A DNA stretch of 64,000 nucleotides from Octopus vulgaris (taxonomy: Eukaryota): the NCBI GenBank assembly GCA_951406725.2, contig OX597827.1:48980001-49044000 (forward strand), given 5' to 3'. Every line of letters starts with the position of its first letter. Position 1 is the first letter of the stretch. Below the pieces are notes generated by a model. The model did no database searches. It was not told the origin of the DNA and saw nothing but the letters and a program-made list of their open reading frames with translations. Positions 52,701 through 64,000 of this stretch are shown piece after piece. The position numbers were made by a program, and so were the translations under genes.

Positions 52701-53209
52701 ATAATATGAAGAATATATATGTGTAATAAAATATTCATAAAATATATCATACAATTCGGCTAGACAAATGTAGATATACCATATAAGTAAATACGATAAA
52801 TCAGGGAAAGGAGAAAGATAGAAATGTTACAAGAGACCAAAATAATAGAATCATACATATATAACAAGATTATATAGTTAATGAAGTAGTACGTTATGGA
52901 TAATACCCTAGGGATAGACAAATGCAAATTTTAATGAAATCAATTCGCCATAAAATATAAGTATCGTGTAGGATGGTGTACACGGTTTTATGCTTGTATT
53001 ATCCGCACAATAAAGTTGTTATGGAAATACATTGACATACAGACATAAATAAACAAATGAATATACATATATATACATATACCTGTATATATACATGTAT
53101 ATACCTATGTATGTATGCATATGTAGGGGTGGTTGTATATATCATTGTATGTGTAGAGGTGCATGTATATATAATTATATAGACAGATATGTCCTGGGTA
53201 AGACACAAA

Positions 53210-53660
53210 ACTGAAACCGGTGGTAAAGCTCCAGTTCGGGAAAACAGGAGTTATGGGGAGCGTGGAGACACCCCTTAGTTGCCATTTCTCCCAGGTCCGC
53301 TCTGGTCCCGAATGGTAGCACCTGTGAGGGTCCTAACAATGGGTAAAAACTGGACCCTTCTCTGCTGCTTTGCAGGATACCTCTTTAGGCTAAGGCTACG
53401 AGAAGGAATCTTCAGTCCTCAACGGTTGATCAGGCAGACGAAGTGACATCTATGTCTCTCAATGGCTGTGGCAGCGGGAAAATGCTATGCCAAGCGGTCT
53501 GGCTACAACAAGGTGTGGTCTAAAAGAAATGATCCACGGCAGATCGCTGCAACTCACAGGTCAAAGTCTGTATGTCTCCTCTTCTGATGGCCTCTTCTGA
53601 GCCAAGTGAGTGGGCCTGGCAAGTGGCAGTCCACCTTAAATCACACCATGGCATCGGATA
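53210..53660. repeat. GC-richer interspersed repeat fragment, probably retroelement UTR
   Basis: Composition shift; TCCCAGGTCCGCTCTGGTCCCGAATGGTAGCACCTG motif. Not verified. Confidence 0.35.
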
Positions 53661-54329
53661 GACAGACAGACACAGAGATACACAAGCAGGTAAATAGGAG
53701 GGTGGGTCGGTAGGTAAGTAGGTAGATAGGCAGATATACCTATATGCATGTGCATATATATATATATATACTACATACACATATTGCTTATATATGTGTG
53801 CAAGTGTGTGTGTTTGTGTGGGTGGATGTGAGTATGTGTGTGCGTGTGCGTGTATTCGAAAGACTTCTTTATGTTTCCATATACAAGATCCACACACAAG
53901 GTTCTTGTTGCCCTTAGGCCATAGTAATAAACACAACTCAAAGTGACTGAACCCCAAACTAACTCACAACTACGCTCACCAATGACTGGCCCTCTTTCCG
54001 CACATTTTTGTTGAATGCTGCCAAAAGGCATGACAGCTTATCTGCATTAACTGTTCCATTTTAGTTTAACACTTCATGGTATACGACAGCCTTTATATCC
54101 CAATTTATAATAGACAACACCCTTTATATCTCACCAAATGTCTTTTGAGTGTAGTCCTGGTCTTGCAATGGGTGCCAACCATTGTCGTTTCCGTTGGATA
54201 TGATTAGAGAGAATCGACTTTTTATCACTTGTAATGATTCTACCCAAGATATGTCCGATGGCAGCTGTACACTCCAACGTATTAAATTTTTTTATTAAAC
54301 TGAGAAGAAATCAGGTAATCAGGGATCCA

Positions 54330-55703
54330 CTCACCAAGTCTGGACACATTTCCTAATTCATGAAACTTGTCTTGAATTGAACTGCATCAGAGATAATTTT
54401 GAAGCATACAGAACTGTTCAGAACGTTAGTAAGCAACGCTCTGGAAGACCACGAACATCCACCAGCCGCAATGGACACAACAAATTAATGGAAACCCTTT
54501 CCCGATCCACAAGGAAATCCGTAAGACAAATGAGTCGTGATATAGGAATCCCAAAATCGAGTGTTCATTGGATGTTGAAACAAGCTCATTGGAAAAGTTA
54601 CGATCCAACATTAATTCAAACCTTCAATGAAGATGATCCTGATCGGAGAGTTCAATATTGCGAATGGTATCTGAATAAATTCGCAGAGGAGGCAACGTTT
54701 CCAGGGAAAATCATATGGATCGATGAGGCCACCATCAAGTTAAATGGTTCAGGAGGCGAGCTGGCAGAAACGTTAGCACGCCGGGCGAAATGCTTAGCGG
54801 TATTTCGTCTGCGTTACGTTGTGAGTTCAAATTCCGCCGAGGTCGACTTTGCCTTTCATCCTTTCGAGGTCGATAAATTAAGTACCAGTTACGCACTGGG
54901 GTCGATGTAATCGACTTAATACCTATGTCTGTCCTTGTTTGTCCCCTCTGTGTTTAGCCCCTTGTGGGTAATAAAGAAATAGGTTCAGTCAACCGACATA
55001 ATTGCACATACTGGGCCCGTGAAAATCTACATTTTAATATGGAACACCATCTGAACTTACCAGGTGTTACAGTGTGGTGTGGGATGTCGACATTGGGTAT
55101 CGTTGGACCATTTTTTTTTACCAAACTGTCAGTGGACCAGTTTACTGAAACATACTGATGGAAAATGTCGGTCCACGAATTGAAGAGGTGTTTGTGGACG
55201 AGGAGATTTACTTCGAGCAAGATAGAGCTCCTTCTCACTACCATCGTGATGTACGGGCTTACCTCCATGCAACAAATCCAAACAAATGGATTGGGAGGAG
55301 AAGTAGCGTTGAATTTCCTGCACGTTCCCCAGACCTCACACCAATGGATATTTTTATGGGGACATCTCAAAGATAAGGTTTACGCTGCAAAATTGATGAT
55401 TCGAAAAAATAAAATTCGAATACAATGAAATGTTTGGCAATGCTGTTGAATCTATTGTTGGACGTTATCAGTTTTGTTTGGAAAATGAAGGAAGGCAGTT
55501 TGAACTTTTGCGAACACGCAGAAATGAGAGATAACATTAAATAATTCTAAATGACAATAAATAATCGTTTCTACAACAATATATTTTCCTGAATTTAATT
55601 TAACTTTTTAGGATTGTATGTATATCAATAAACATCTACTTGAACACAAATTACATGAGTACTGGGAAGTCAGAGAGTGAATACGTCTTTTTGGGGCACC
55701 CTG
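54330..55703 (+). mobile_element. Tc1/mariner DD41D (rosa-type) transposon, defective
   Basis: RSGRPRT, WIDEA, VWCG, QDRAPSH and FPARSPDLTPMD motifs; 41 residues between the 2nd and 3rd D. Right end ..GGCACCCTG|TA at 55703. Confidence 0.9.
54752..54981 (+). mobile_element. Full-length SINE family A monomer inserted in the transposase, 6-bp TSD
   Basis: GGTTCA at 54746-54751 and 54982-54987; removal restores [11 protein letters not shown]. Confidence 0.95.
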
Positions 55704-55712
55704 TATATGTGA

Positions 55713-55767
<55 letters not shown>

Positions 55768-56402
55768 TGTATATGTATATGTATATGTATGTATGTATGT
55801 ATATATGTATATCCGTCAACAACATTATATCTAAATGTTTTCGATGGATTATTTGCCCGTAATAACCCTCACTAATTCCGATTCAAAATCATGCGTTTGC
55901 AGTAAAAACTGTTTCATCACAAACAAACATAAACCACAAACTTTAGCCGTTAGCCAAAGGAAGATTTGCAGTGAAAACCAATTAAGCATGCTGTCAATGA
56001 CATTTCAACATGTACTTAAAGAAAGCAGTATGGAAACAACATTTTTTTTTCTGTGTTTTCTTATTTAATACAACGAATGAGGGCTTTGGCACTAAATTAT
56101 TACATTTCACCACGATAATATGATGAATTGGCTACGGAATCCGTACCTGCTTCTACTGCCAGTTACTGAATCACAAACACGCGCGGGCGCGTATTTATAC
56201 ACACACACACACACATACACACATGTGTGTGAGTGTGTGTTTTTTACATATATCTAAAGATGCAGTCGGGATATATGCATGTGTAAGTGTATATGCGTCT
56301 ACGCACATGTGTGTATACTTGTGCGTAATATATCCATGAATTTATACATTTGAATATATGTAAATATGCACATGCATAAATATATATATATATATATATA
56401 TA

Positions 56403-56472
<70 letters not shown>

Positions 56473-56556
56473 CACATATATACATGTAGTAACATATATT
56501 TATATATACATGCACATACACAAACACACATGTGTATGAGTTTCTGTATATATATG

Positions 56557-56588
<32 letters not shown>

Positions 56589-56605
56589 ATACATACATAC
56601 ATACA

Positions 56606-56637
<32 letters not shown>

Positions 56638-56671
56638 GAAATAAGACGTATATTCTCACGCAGGAGAATAT

Positions 56672-57572
56672 ACGAGAATTTGTTTTTGAAAATGCACCTG
56701 AATTTGGAAAACATAGTTGTTTTTAAATAGATTTAATCACATACATACCAAATTAGTTTCAACAATTTTTTTGGTTTATGAATGGTACAATTGTATATAA
56801 AACAATGGGATTTTTAAAAAGTTTAAACTCATGAAGTAGAAATCGAGCAAACATGTTTAAACGATCGCATGTTCACATGAGATTCAATGAGTTTCACAGG
56901 GATAGATAATGTCAAGTAAACGTTAGACGAAGAATATAATAAAAGTGCGTTACTAAAAGTTCGGTTATATTGAGATTTTAAAGAATATATGGGCAAGAGA
57001 GAGAGAGAGAGAGAGATGGGGGAGAGAGAGAGAGGAAAGAAAATGAGAAGAGAGTAAAAAAAAAATCGGAGTTTTTTTTACAGTGTCTTTTGTCGTACCT
57101 GTAGTTCTTTTTTCTGTCAAGTACCGGATTCTGCGTTTTTAATAGAGATTTCCCCCATCCCCATTAAAGGTGTAGAACCCATTAGGGGACGGAAAAAAGA
57201 TACACGCACGACAGAAACTGTAAAATAAAGTATTGTTTTCTGCTCTCTTCCCTTTTTTTCTCTCTCTCGTCCACAATGTCTATAAAAACTCAATACGAAC
57301 GAATTTTTAGCAGTGTACGTTTATTATATTCTTTGACATTAACTATTCCTGTGAAACTCATTGGATTTTATGTGAACATTTGATTGTTTAAACATGTTTG
57401 TGTGATTTGTACTTCGTAATAAAAAATCTTAAAATCCCATTGTTTTATATACATGTGTACCCTTGATAAGCAAAAAAATGTTAAAACTAGTATGGTACAT
57501 ATGTGAATAAATTTGTTTATAAACAACTACACGTTTTTCATAGTCATGTGAATTTCAAAAATCAAATTCTCC
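56672..57572. mobile_element. ~900-bp fold-back element (arms ~400 bp, diverged)
   Basis: For example TATATAAAACAATGGGATTTT / AAAATCCCATTGTTTTATATA and CAATGAGTTTCACAGG / CCTGTGAAACTCATTG are mirrored colinearly. Confidence 0.85.
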
Positions 57573-57654
57573 GATGTATGTGTGTGTGTGTATGTGTGAG
57601 TGTGTTTTATACTAAATACATAATTTTGTGCACAGCATGTTGTAGTTCAATTGA

Positions 57655-58270
57655 ACATGTCATCTTGGCACACATGAGGCTGGACATGTTATTAGAATGA
57701 AAGATGAGCGATTGCCAAAACATCCTTTTATGGTGAACTCAACTCTGGTAAGTGACCACAACATAAACCGAGGAAAAGGTATAAAGACTGCGTGAAGGAA
57801 AACCGGAAGAAACTAAATATAAAAACAAAAATAATTGTGAAACATGCCCTAGCTCGGAACAATTGGAGAGGTGCTATAAGGACCCTTTGCAACGCCTGAG
57901 AGGAAAAGATGATTCAATGCTCTGAGTTTAAAAGGGCCTGTCGGAAAGGAACGATTGGAATTGAAATCAACATTGAATATTGGATGTGTATTATGAGTGA
58001 TTGTGTTCTGTTGTCAGGATAAGCGAATCATATGAAATCCCATGGAAAGCGAAATGTCCAGGTCGGTAATAATCTTGAGTGCCAACCATCTCTTACAACT
58101 TGTGTTATGTGTCACAAAACTTGTAAGACAAATGCTTTTTCACAAAAGCATTCTTTCAGAGACAGATTCCAAACGGCAAAGACGTAGACGAAACTTGAAT
58201 AATATGTCACTTATGTTTTAAACTCTCCCAGTCAGCAGCTGATCTTAAAAGTTATGAGGGCTCATCAGTG
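57655..58270 (+). mobile_element. RTE-clade LINE 3' relic
   Basis: AGHVIRMKDERLPK..FYGELNSGK*PQHKPRKRYKDCVK motif, then CxxC remnants. Confidence 0.75.
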
Positions 58271-58385
58271 GAGAGGTTGTGCTGTGTGAGGATGTGTGGT
58301 GTGTGTGTGTTAATGGGATTGCTATCTGTCAAGATGAAGTAATCATCATCATCATCGTCTGTGTATGTGTTTGTGCATATGTATA

Positions 58386-58419
<34 letters not shown>

Positions 58420-58458
58420 TATATATATATATATAAGCTTACTTGGAAATGGATATAT

Positions 58459-58546
<88 letters not shown>

Positions 58547-59154
58547 ATATATTTGTGAATATATGTGTACAGGATGTCACCTGTAAGCAACATGAAATAT
58601 GAAAACAAAGGAGTTAAATACGCAAATAACGAGAGAGAAAAAAAAATGGAGAACAATATTTTTGTGATCACTACACTGTATCAGCGCTAGAACTCTCTCC
58701 CGCAAACCATAGTACGCGTTTTAATCTCTTTCACCAATCAATTTCACTCCTCTTTAGAATTCACCTATATTTCTAATACTGCATTTAACTTTATCAACAT
58801 CTATTACCATCAATCGCCTTCTCAGAACCTCACCATCTCCACTGAACATTAATTTGACTTTGACTTCACGTCTTTCCCTTCTACTCATGACAATCATTCC
58901 ACGCTTTTTCTCAATTATTCTGCTACTACCCCCTCAGTAGCTGCAAGCATGATGTTCAGAAACTTTTCCTACATATAGAATGCATGCCCTTGGCATTGTA
59001 TGTATCCATGTATATGTATGTGTGTGAATGTGTGTATGCGTGTGAAAAATACTGTGTAAGCTTTAAAAAAATAACATGAAAATATTCCGGTCTTTCTTTT
59101 AGTAAATTTCTATGATTAATTGTGGGCAGCTACATTTCAAAACTATTTTTTTAC

Positions 59155-59211
<57 letters not shown>

Positions 59212-59716
59212 TGTATAATATTCATACATATTCATACATACGTTGATATAAGTCTCTGTGTGCGTGTGCATGTCTGTGTGTAAACATTGATAGTCATGTT
59301 CGGTTGACAGTAACGTAGATTCACATATAAATCATTAATTTTTTTTCTTTTTGTTTTGTAGGTTTTTTTTTGTAATATTGATATTCTTTGTGTTCGATTT
59401 AAAACAAATGGCCTTGTGGTGACAGTTAATGAAAATTCAACTTTATTTAAAACCACACGAATGCTTTGGGTTACATTATATTGCCTCCATTGCTAACGTA
59501 AAATAAACTTTAATGTTGTATGAATTCCATCGAATAAAATTCGCAAATGTGGGAAAATCGCCAAGTTCTTCAATAATAATTAACTAAATTGTTCCTACGG
59601 CTGTGAGAATTGGCAGACGTTACAAAATGGCGCATTTAAATGGCTTGTGATGTTTATTGTAGTCTCATCTGTGCATCTAAGTATCGTGTTCAATTATTAT
59701 CCTAGATATTCGTGTG

Positions 59717-59765
<49 letters not shown>

Positions 59766-60214
59766 TGTTGTTGTTGTTGTTGTTGTTGCTGTCACCATTG
59801 TTCAAAACCAGGTCAGATCCGAGCGAGCAGACTAATCATATAAGAAGCGTTCTACCCTTGCCAGTTATGTCCCATTCAGAGATACGCAAATAAGAACCAC
59901 ATTATTAACAAATGTTTCCTTTACGCTTAAGTTGTTGGGTTTGAGATTATTTGAAGTATAGTTGGCTTTTATTTCCAACACGTCAGGTGATTCGGCTGAG
60001 TAGAGTTAGAAATAATAAGCATACCTCCCTCGTAATATACCGTCGAATCAGTCCTACATAGAACATACCTCTAAAACATACGGTACGATTGCAGAATGAA
60101 TACTTACGATCATTAGTGTTTGGGGTCAAGATGGCGACAAGTTTAACAGTAAATTAATGACTCAAGGAATCACACATACACAAATGAATACACATACGCA
60201 CAAGCCGGTGCATC

Positions 60215-60335
<121 letters not shown>

Positions 60336-60371
60336 TACTTTATTTAAAGGCAGCAGAAAATTCAACAAAAC

Positions 60372-60409
60372 CTGTTACTCTGAGTTTCCCGTTGCCGTTC
60401 ATCGGACAG
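60372..60409 (-). ncRNA. Type I hammerhead motif, CCGAUGA core variant
   Basis: CUGU-CCGAUGA-A CG gcaa CG G-GAAA-CUC a GAG-UA-ACAG; GUA site. Sits in a cassette of about 100 bp between (TA)n tracts. Confidence 0.75.
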
Positions 60410-61130
60410 TCTTTGCTAGAATCGGTTATATATATATGTATATATATATATGTATGTATATATGTATATATGTATGTATATATGTATATATATATATATG
60501 TATGTATGTATGTATGTATAAAAATATATATAAAAATACAAAATGGGACAAGGACGCAAAACACTCAAAGAGACGACACAAAAAACGGACGGGTCATTCG
60601 AAGCCTCTAATCTTCAGTCAAGATCCGGATCATCCTCGCAACTTCGGCTGATTAATCTTGAGATCGCTCTGATCCGGCCAGCCCCAAGGAAAAACTAAGC
60701 TACGAACATTAGATTTCTTGGAAAAAGGATCGAATGTATACGAAACAAGGATCGAAAAACGGACGATGCCATACGAATATAAATACAAAAAACAATAATA
60801 GTAATAACAGGACAAAAACAGCGGGTGTCTTACGACTTTAGGTAGTTCAACTTAGCTTAGCTGGCGTATTTGGAAAAAAAAAGCCTTTACGGCAGACGAA
60901 GAAATCAATGTTGTCGTGGCGGTGGTCAGAAGCCCAAAGGCTAGTTGACCGGTGACACGTGAGATGAGAAGAGAAAGAAAAATGGGGTAAAGGAATCAAA
61001 AAGAGAGAGAAAAAGAAGGACAAAGGCACTAGGGTAAGCACATAAATGTGAAACAAGGTGAGAAAAAATAGTACTCAAATACCATAGGTATAGTAATATG
61101 CTTTATTTAAAGGCAGCAATATAAGAAAAG

Positions 61131-61270
61131 CCGTTACTCAGTTTCACGTTCCCGTTCGTCGGCCAGTTTTGTTAATTGAGAAAGATAGCTGCGCATGCTA
61201 TGCCTATGATCCACTATAGTTTGTTTTCTTTCTCAATTAACAAAACTCTCCGACGAACGGGAACGTGAAA
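61131..61270. repeat. Inverted pair of the 60372-family HHR (44-bp arms)
   Basis: 61142-61185 versus 61227-61270 (2 mismatches); CCGACGA-ACG ggaa CGU-GAAA on both strands. Confidence 0.8.
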
Positions 61271-61272
61271 TT

Positions 61273-61712
61273 CTCCTGGGGCTAAAAAGCTACAATAACA
61301 CCCCTACCCCCAGTGGTTAGCCATACTAAGATGGCTAGTATACTTTGCGTTGTCGAGCGCTTACTGTTTACATCTCGCTCACAGATTTATTATTGCTTTC
61401 AGACCGTTTTTCGAAATCAGTGACAGTGGTTACTGGGAAAAACATTAAATAGATATTCGCAAACAGGTCTCTCTTATCGAAAACCCGTGATTAGCGTGTG
61501 TTGACAAGAGACAATAATCTCGAAACTGCAGTCCATGCGTATCACTTAGGTTTTCAGAGGGGATAACCTCCCTTTGCGAATATCATTAAAGAGCACAGGA
61601 TTGTGTCTAAAGCCAGCTGGAGACGATGACCTCCTGGGGTTAAAAAGCTACAGTAACACCACCCCCATCCCTAGTGGTTAGCCATATTAAGATAGCTAGT
61701 ATACTTTACGTT
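61273..61712 (+). repeat. ~358-bp unit with ~80-bp direct terminal repeats and an internal degenerate HHR (61495-61539)
   Basis: CTCCTGGGG.TAAAAAGCTACA..GTGGTTAGCCATA..GCTAGTATACTTT at 61273 and 61631; CGUGUG-UUGACAA-GAGA caauaa UCUC-GAAA-CUGCAG-UC-CAUGCG. Confidence 0.75.
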
Positions 61713-62094
61713 ATATATATATATAAACACACACGTTCAAGCATATATACATACATACACACAAGCAAGCACGCATACCTTAACATACACACCAGTACAC
61801 ACACGTTTTCGAATGCAAGACATGAAATACTTTACAGTAATTGCTGAGGCTCTTCTGTCCGGAAAGTTGTCAAAATAAATACGTTGGTTTAATGGCGTAA
61901 ATTAAGTGTTCCCAAAGATAATCTTAATATTCCAACAATACAGTCTTAAACTGCCTCTACGAAATTCCTACAATCAATACTGAGCTATAAAATCAAACTG
62001 ATCGATTTATAACTTTCATTCACTGTCCACTAATCTGCTTATTACCTTTGGAAACTTCCCAATTTCAACAAAGTTTTTACGAGTATTAATATAT

Positions 62095-62570
62095 AATATT
62101 GAGTGAGAGGGCAGCACATACCATTAAAGTGATACTGGGGTACAAATATACGAAGCCTAATATACCCGTAATGACCACTCGTGTGATAAGGGTCATGCAC
62201 ATGCATTACAACCATATGTGCGCGCCATGGTGACCTCGTATCAAGATATATAGTGCATGGCCTTGCAGGTGGAACCCACTTAGAATAAGTGTTATTTAAG
62301 AATGATGAACAAAACACACGTGTTTCCCGAGGTGAATTATTCAAACCCCAAAATATTCTTCTCAACAGATAACTATGATGCTCCCCACTAATCTAGTAAT
62401 GATCAGCGATGCATCTTTCGTAAGCCAGTAAATAACCTGCGCAACTGGCTACGGTTAAACAACTGAGAAGCAAAACGGTGGCATTGAGCAGAATATTTGT
62501 TGTAGACCAAATTTTTCACCAATACAAACCAATGTACATGTTAACACTTCCAATCAGTTAACATCAGAAG
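62095..62570 (-). mobile_element. Diverged copy of the 6328-6875 repeat
   Basis: Colinear reverse-complement homology. Confidence 0.75.
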
Positions 62571-62599
62571 AGATTATTATAATTGTCATCATTATTGTT

Positions 62600-62750
62600 A
62601 TTAACTCGGGTTTAGTTGGGCCTCCTAAATCCAGCATGAGAATAGAGCTTGCTGCCTGCAATCTACGGTAGTGTGCTATTTATTCTCTTGAACTACTTAA
62701 TGTTTTCCTTATGAATCTGGCTGTGCCAAGGAAGCAAACATTTTGCAACA
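62600..62750 (-). mobile_element. R4/Dong-type LINE extreme 3' fragment
   Basis: LQNVCFLGTARFIRK motif, then short AAT-like repeats. Confidence 0.55.
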
Positions 62751-62809
62751 GGATGGGGAGAAAGGAATGTAAGGACGGGGAAATGTGATAAAAGTATACA
62801 TAGAATTAC

Positions 62810-63002
62810 ACAGTGGTAGAATCGGTAGCACGCCGAACAAAATGCTCAGTTGCGTTTCGCCCGTCGCTACGTTCTGAGTTCAAATTCCGCTAGGGTCAAC
62901 TTTTATTTTTCGATAATATATTAAGTACTTGTCAAGCACAGGGAGCGATGTAATCGACTAGCCTCCCCGCACTAATTTCAAGTCTTGTGCCTATAATAGA
63001 AA
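62810..63002 (+). mobile_element. Degenerate SINE family A
   Basis: CGCTACGTTCTGAGTTCAAATTCCGC..CGATGTAATCGACT. Confidence 0.8.
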
Positions 63003-63003
63003 G

Positions 63004-63073
<70 letters not shown>

Positions 63074-63109
63074 GTTGTTGTTGTTGTTGTTGTTCTTGTT
63101 CTTGTTCTT

Positions 63110-64000
63110 GTTTAAGATTTCGCACCGTATCCAATGTCGTGATGTTCTCGATTGAAGATATTGTGTCTACCGGGGGTTTGTACTGTCTATCAAGTCACAA
63201 CAAGTACTTTAGACATACAGTACTTTACGCAGTATGGGCGCAGCTCGAAGTAATGCCGATTTTTGCAATACACTTAGATTGTAGAGTACTTCTAAAGTTT
63301 CCAGATGTTTCTTCAGGGTGGGTGGTTTTGAACCGAATGCTCCAATTACAACAGGGGCAACTGTTCTCTTTCTTTCATAATATCCTGATCTCCTGGCATT
63401 GCACTCTTGTTTGTTCCTCCTAAAGGTTACTATATCCGGCCTTCGGTGCTCTTATTTTTATCATGTGCTTTCACTGCACTACCGAGCGCAGCTGTGTGTA
63501 CTTTGGCTATGCGCTGTCGTTTGTTGTGATGCTCTTATTTTCACTGTATTGATGTGTGCAGTGCCTAGTAGTGCTATTTTCTGTATGTTATATATATTTG
63601 TAAGTCCTGGTGTTCTTGCTATGTATTTGTCTAAATTTTTTGTCAGACATAATGCGCCTATTATAATAGGAATTGTTTCTGCTTTTAGGCTCCAGCTTCG
63701 AGTTACCACTATTTCTAGATCTTTGTATTTTGAAAGTTTTTCCGTCTCTTTTAGAAAAACCTTGTCATCTGTTGTTATTGATAAATCGATTAGAAAGCAT
63801 TTTTTACTTTATGATCTCTGACGACTATATCCGGCCTATTGGCCTTGACTTCTCTATCTATGTATATTGACATATCCCAGAATATGGTTGCTTTCTCATT
63901 TTTTGGACCTTTTCTGGTATGTGCATATACCATCTATTTTCTGTTTATTTTCCATAGTGTAAGCATAGCGTCCAGTGAATATAGGTCCCAACTCTGTCGT
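63110..64000 (-). mobile_element. Two tandem R4/Dong-type LINE 3' fragments (63110-63410; 63425 to window end)
   Basis: DRVGTYIHW, ANRPDIVVRD, KYKDLE, IPIIIGAL and IQKIALLGTAHI; second copy PVVIGAFG..LQKSALL. Abuts (AAC)/(AAT)n. Confidence 0.85.

Noticed and set aside
60535-60840. Repeat-like block with minus-strand CTGAAGA
   Set aside because: Could not assemble a valid hammerhead topology by eye.

Overview
AT-rich, microsatellite-saturated eukaryotic non-coding DNA. The SINE/LINE repertoire and the very long (TA)n/(CA)n/(AAT)n tracts look like an Octopus (cephalopod) genome; this is inferred from recognised repeat types. No host protein-coding gene can be supported, and almost all ORFs in the track are microsatellite translations. 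Recognisable TE content: four tRNA-headed SINE families, a 5'-truncated CR1/L2-group LINE with a long RT frame, several R4/Dong-type (REL endonuclease) LINE 3' ends next to (AAT)n, an RTE-like tail, a DD41D Tc1/mariner transposase split by a SINE, a second mariner relic, two non-autonomous Helitrons, and several MITE/fold-back elements. The main unannotated signal is about 18 type I hammerhead-ribozyme (HHR) motifs, found by eye on both strands, in at least 8 unrelated sequence contexts. Most sit in short cassettes bounded by (TA)n, often as inverted fold-back pairs. They show palindromic stem III, non-canonical cores (CCGAUGA, CUGUUGA/CUGUGGA) and stem II regions of up to about 60-90 nt. This fits Penelope-like pseudo-LTRs or non-autonomous retrozymes. 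Catalytic activity and novelty relative to the literature are untested.
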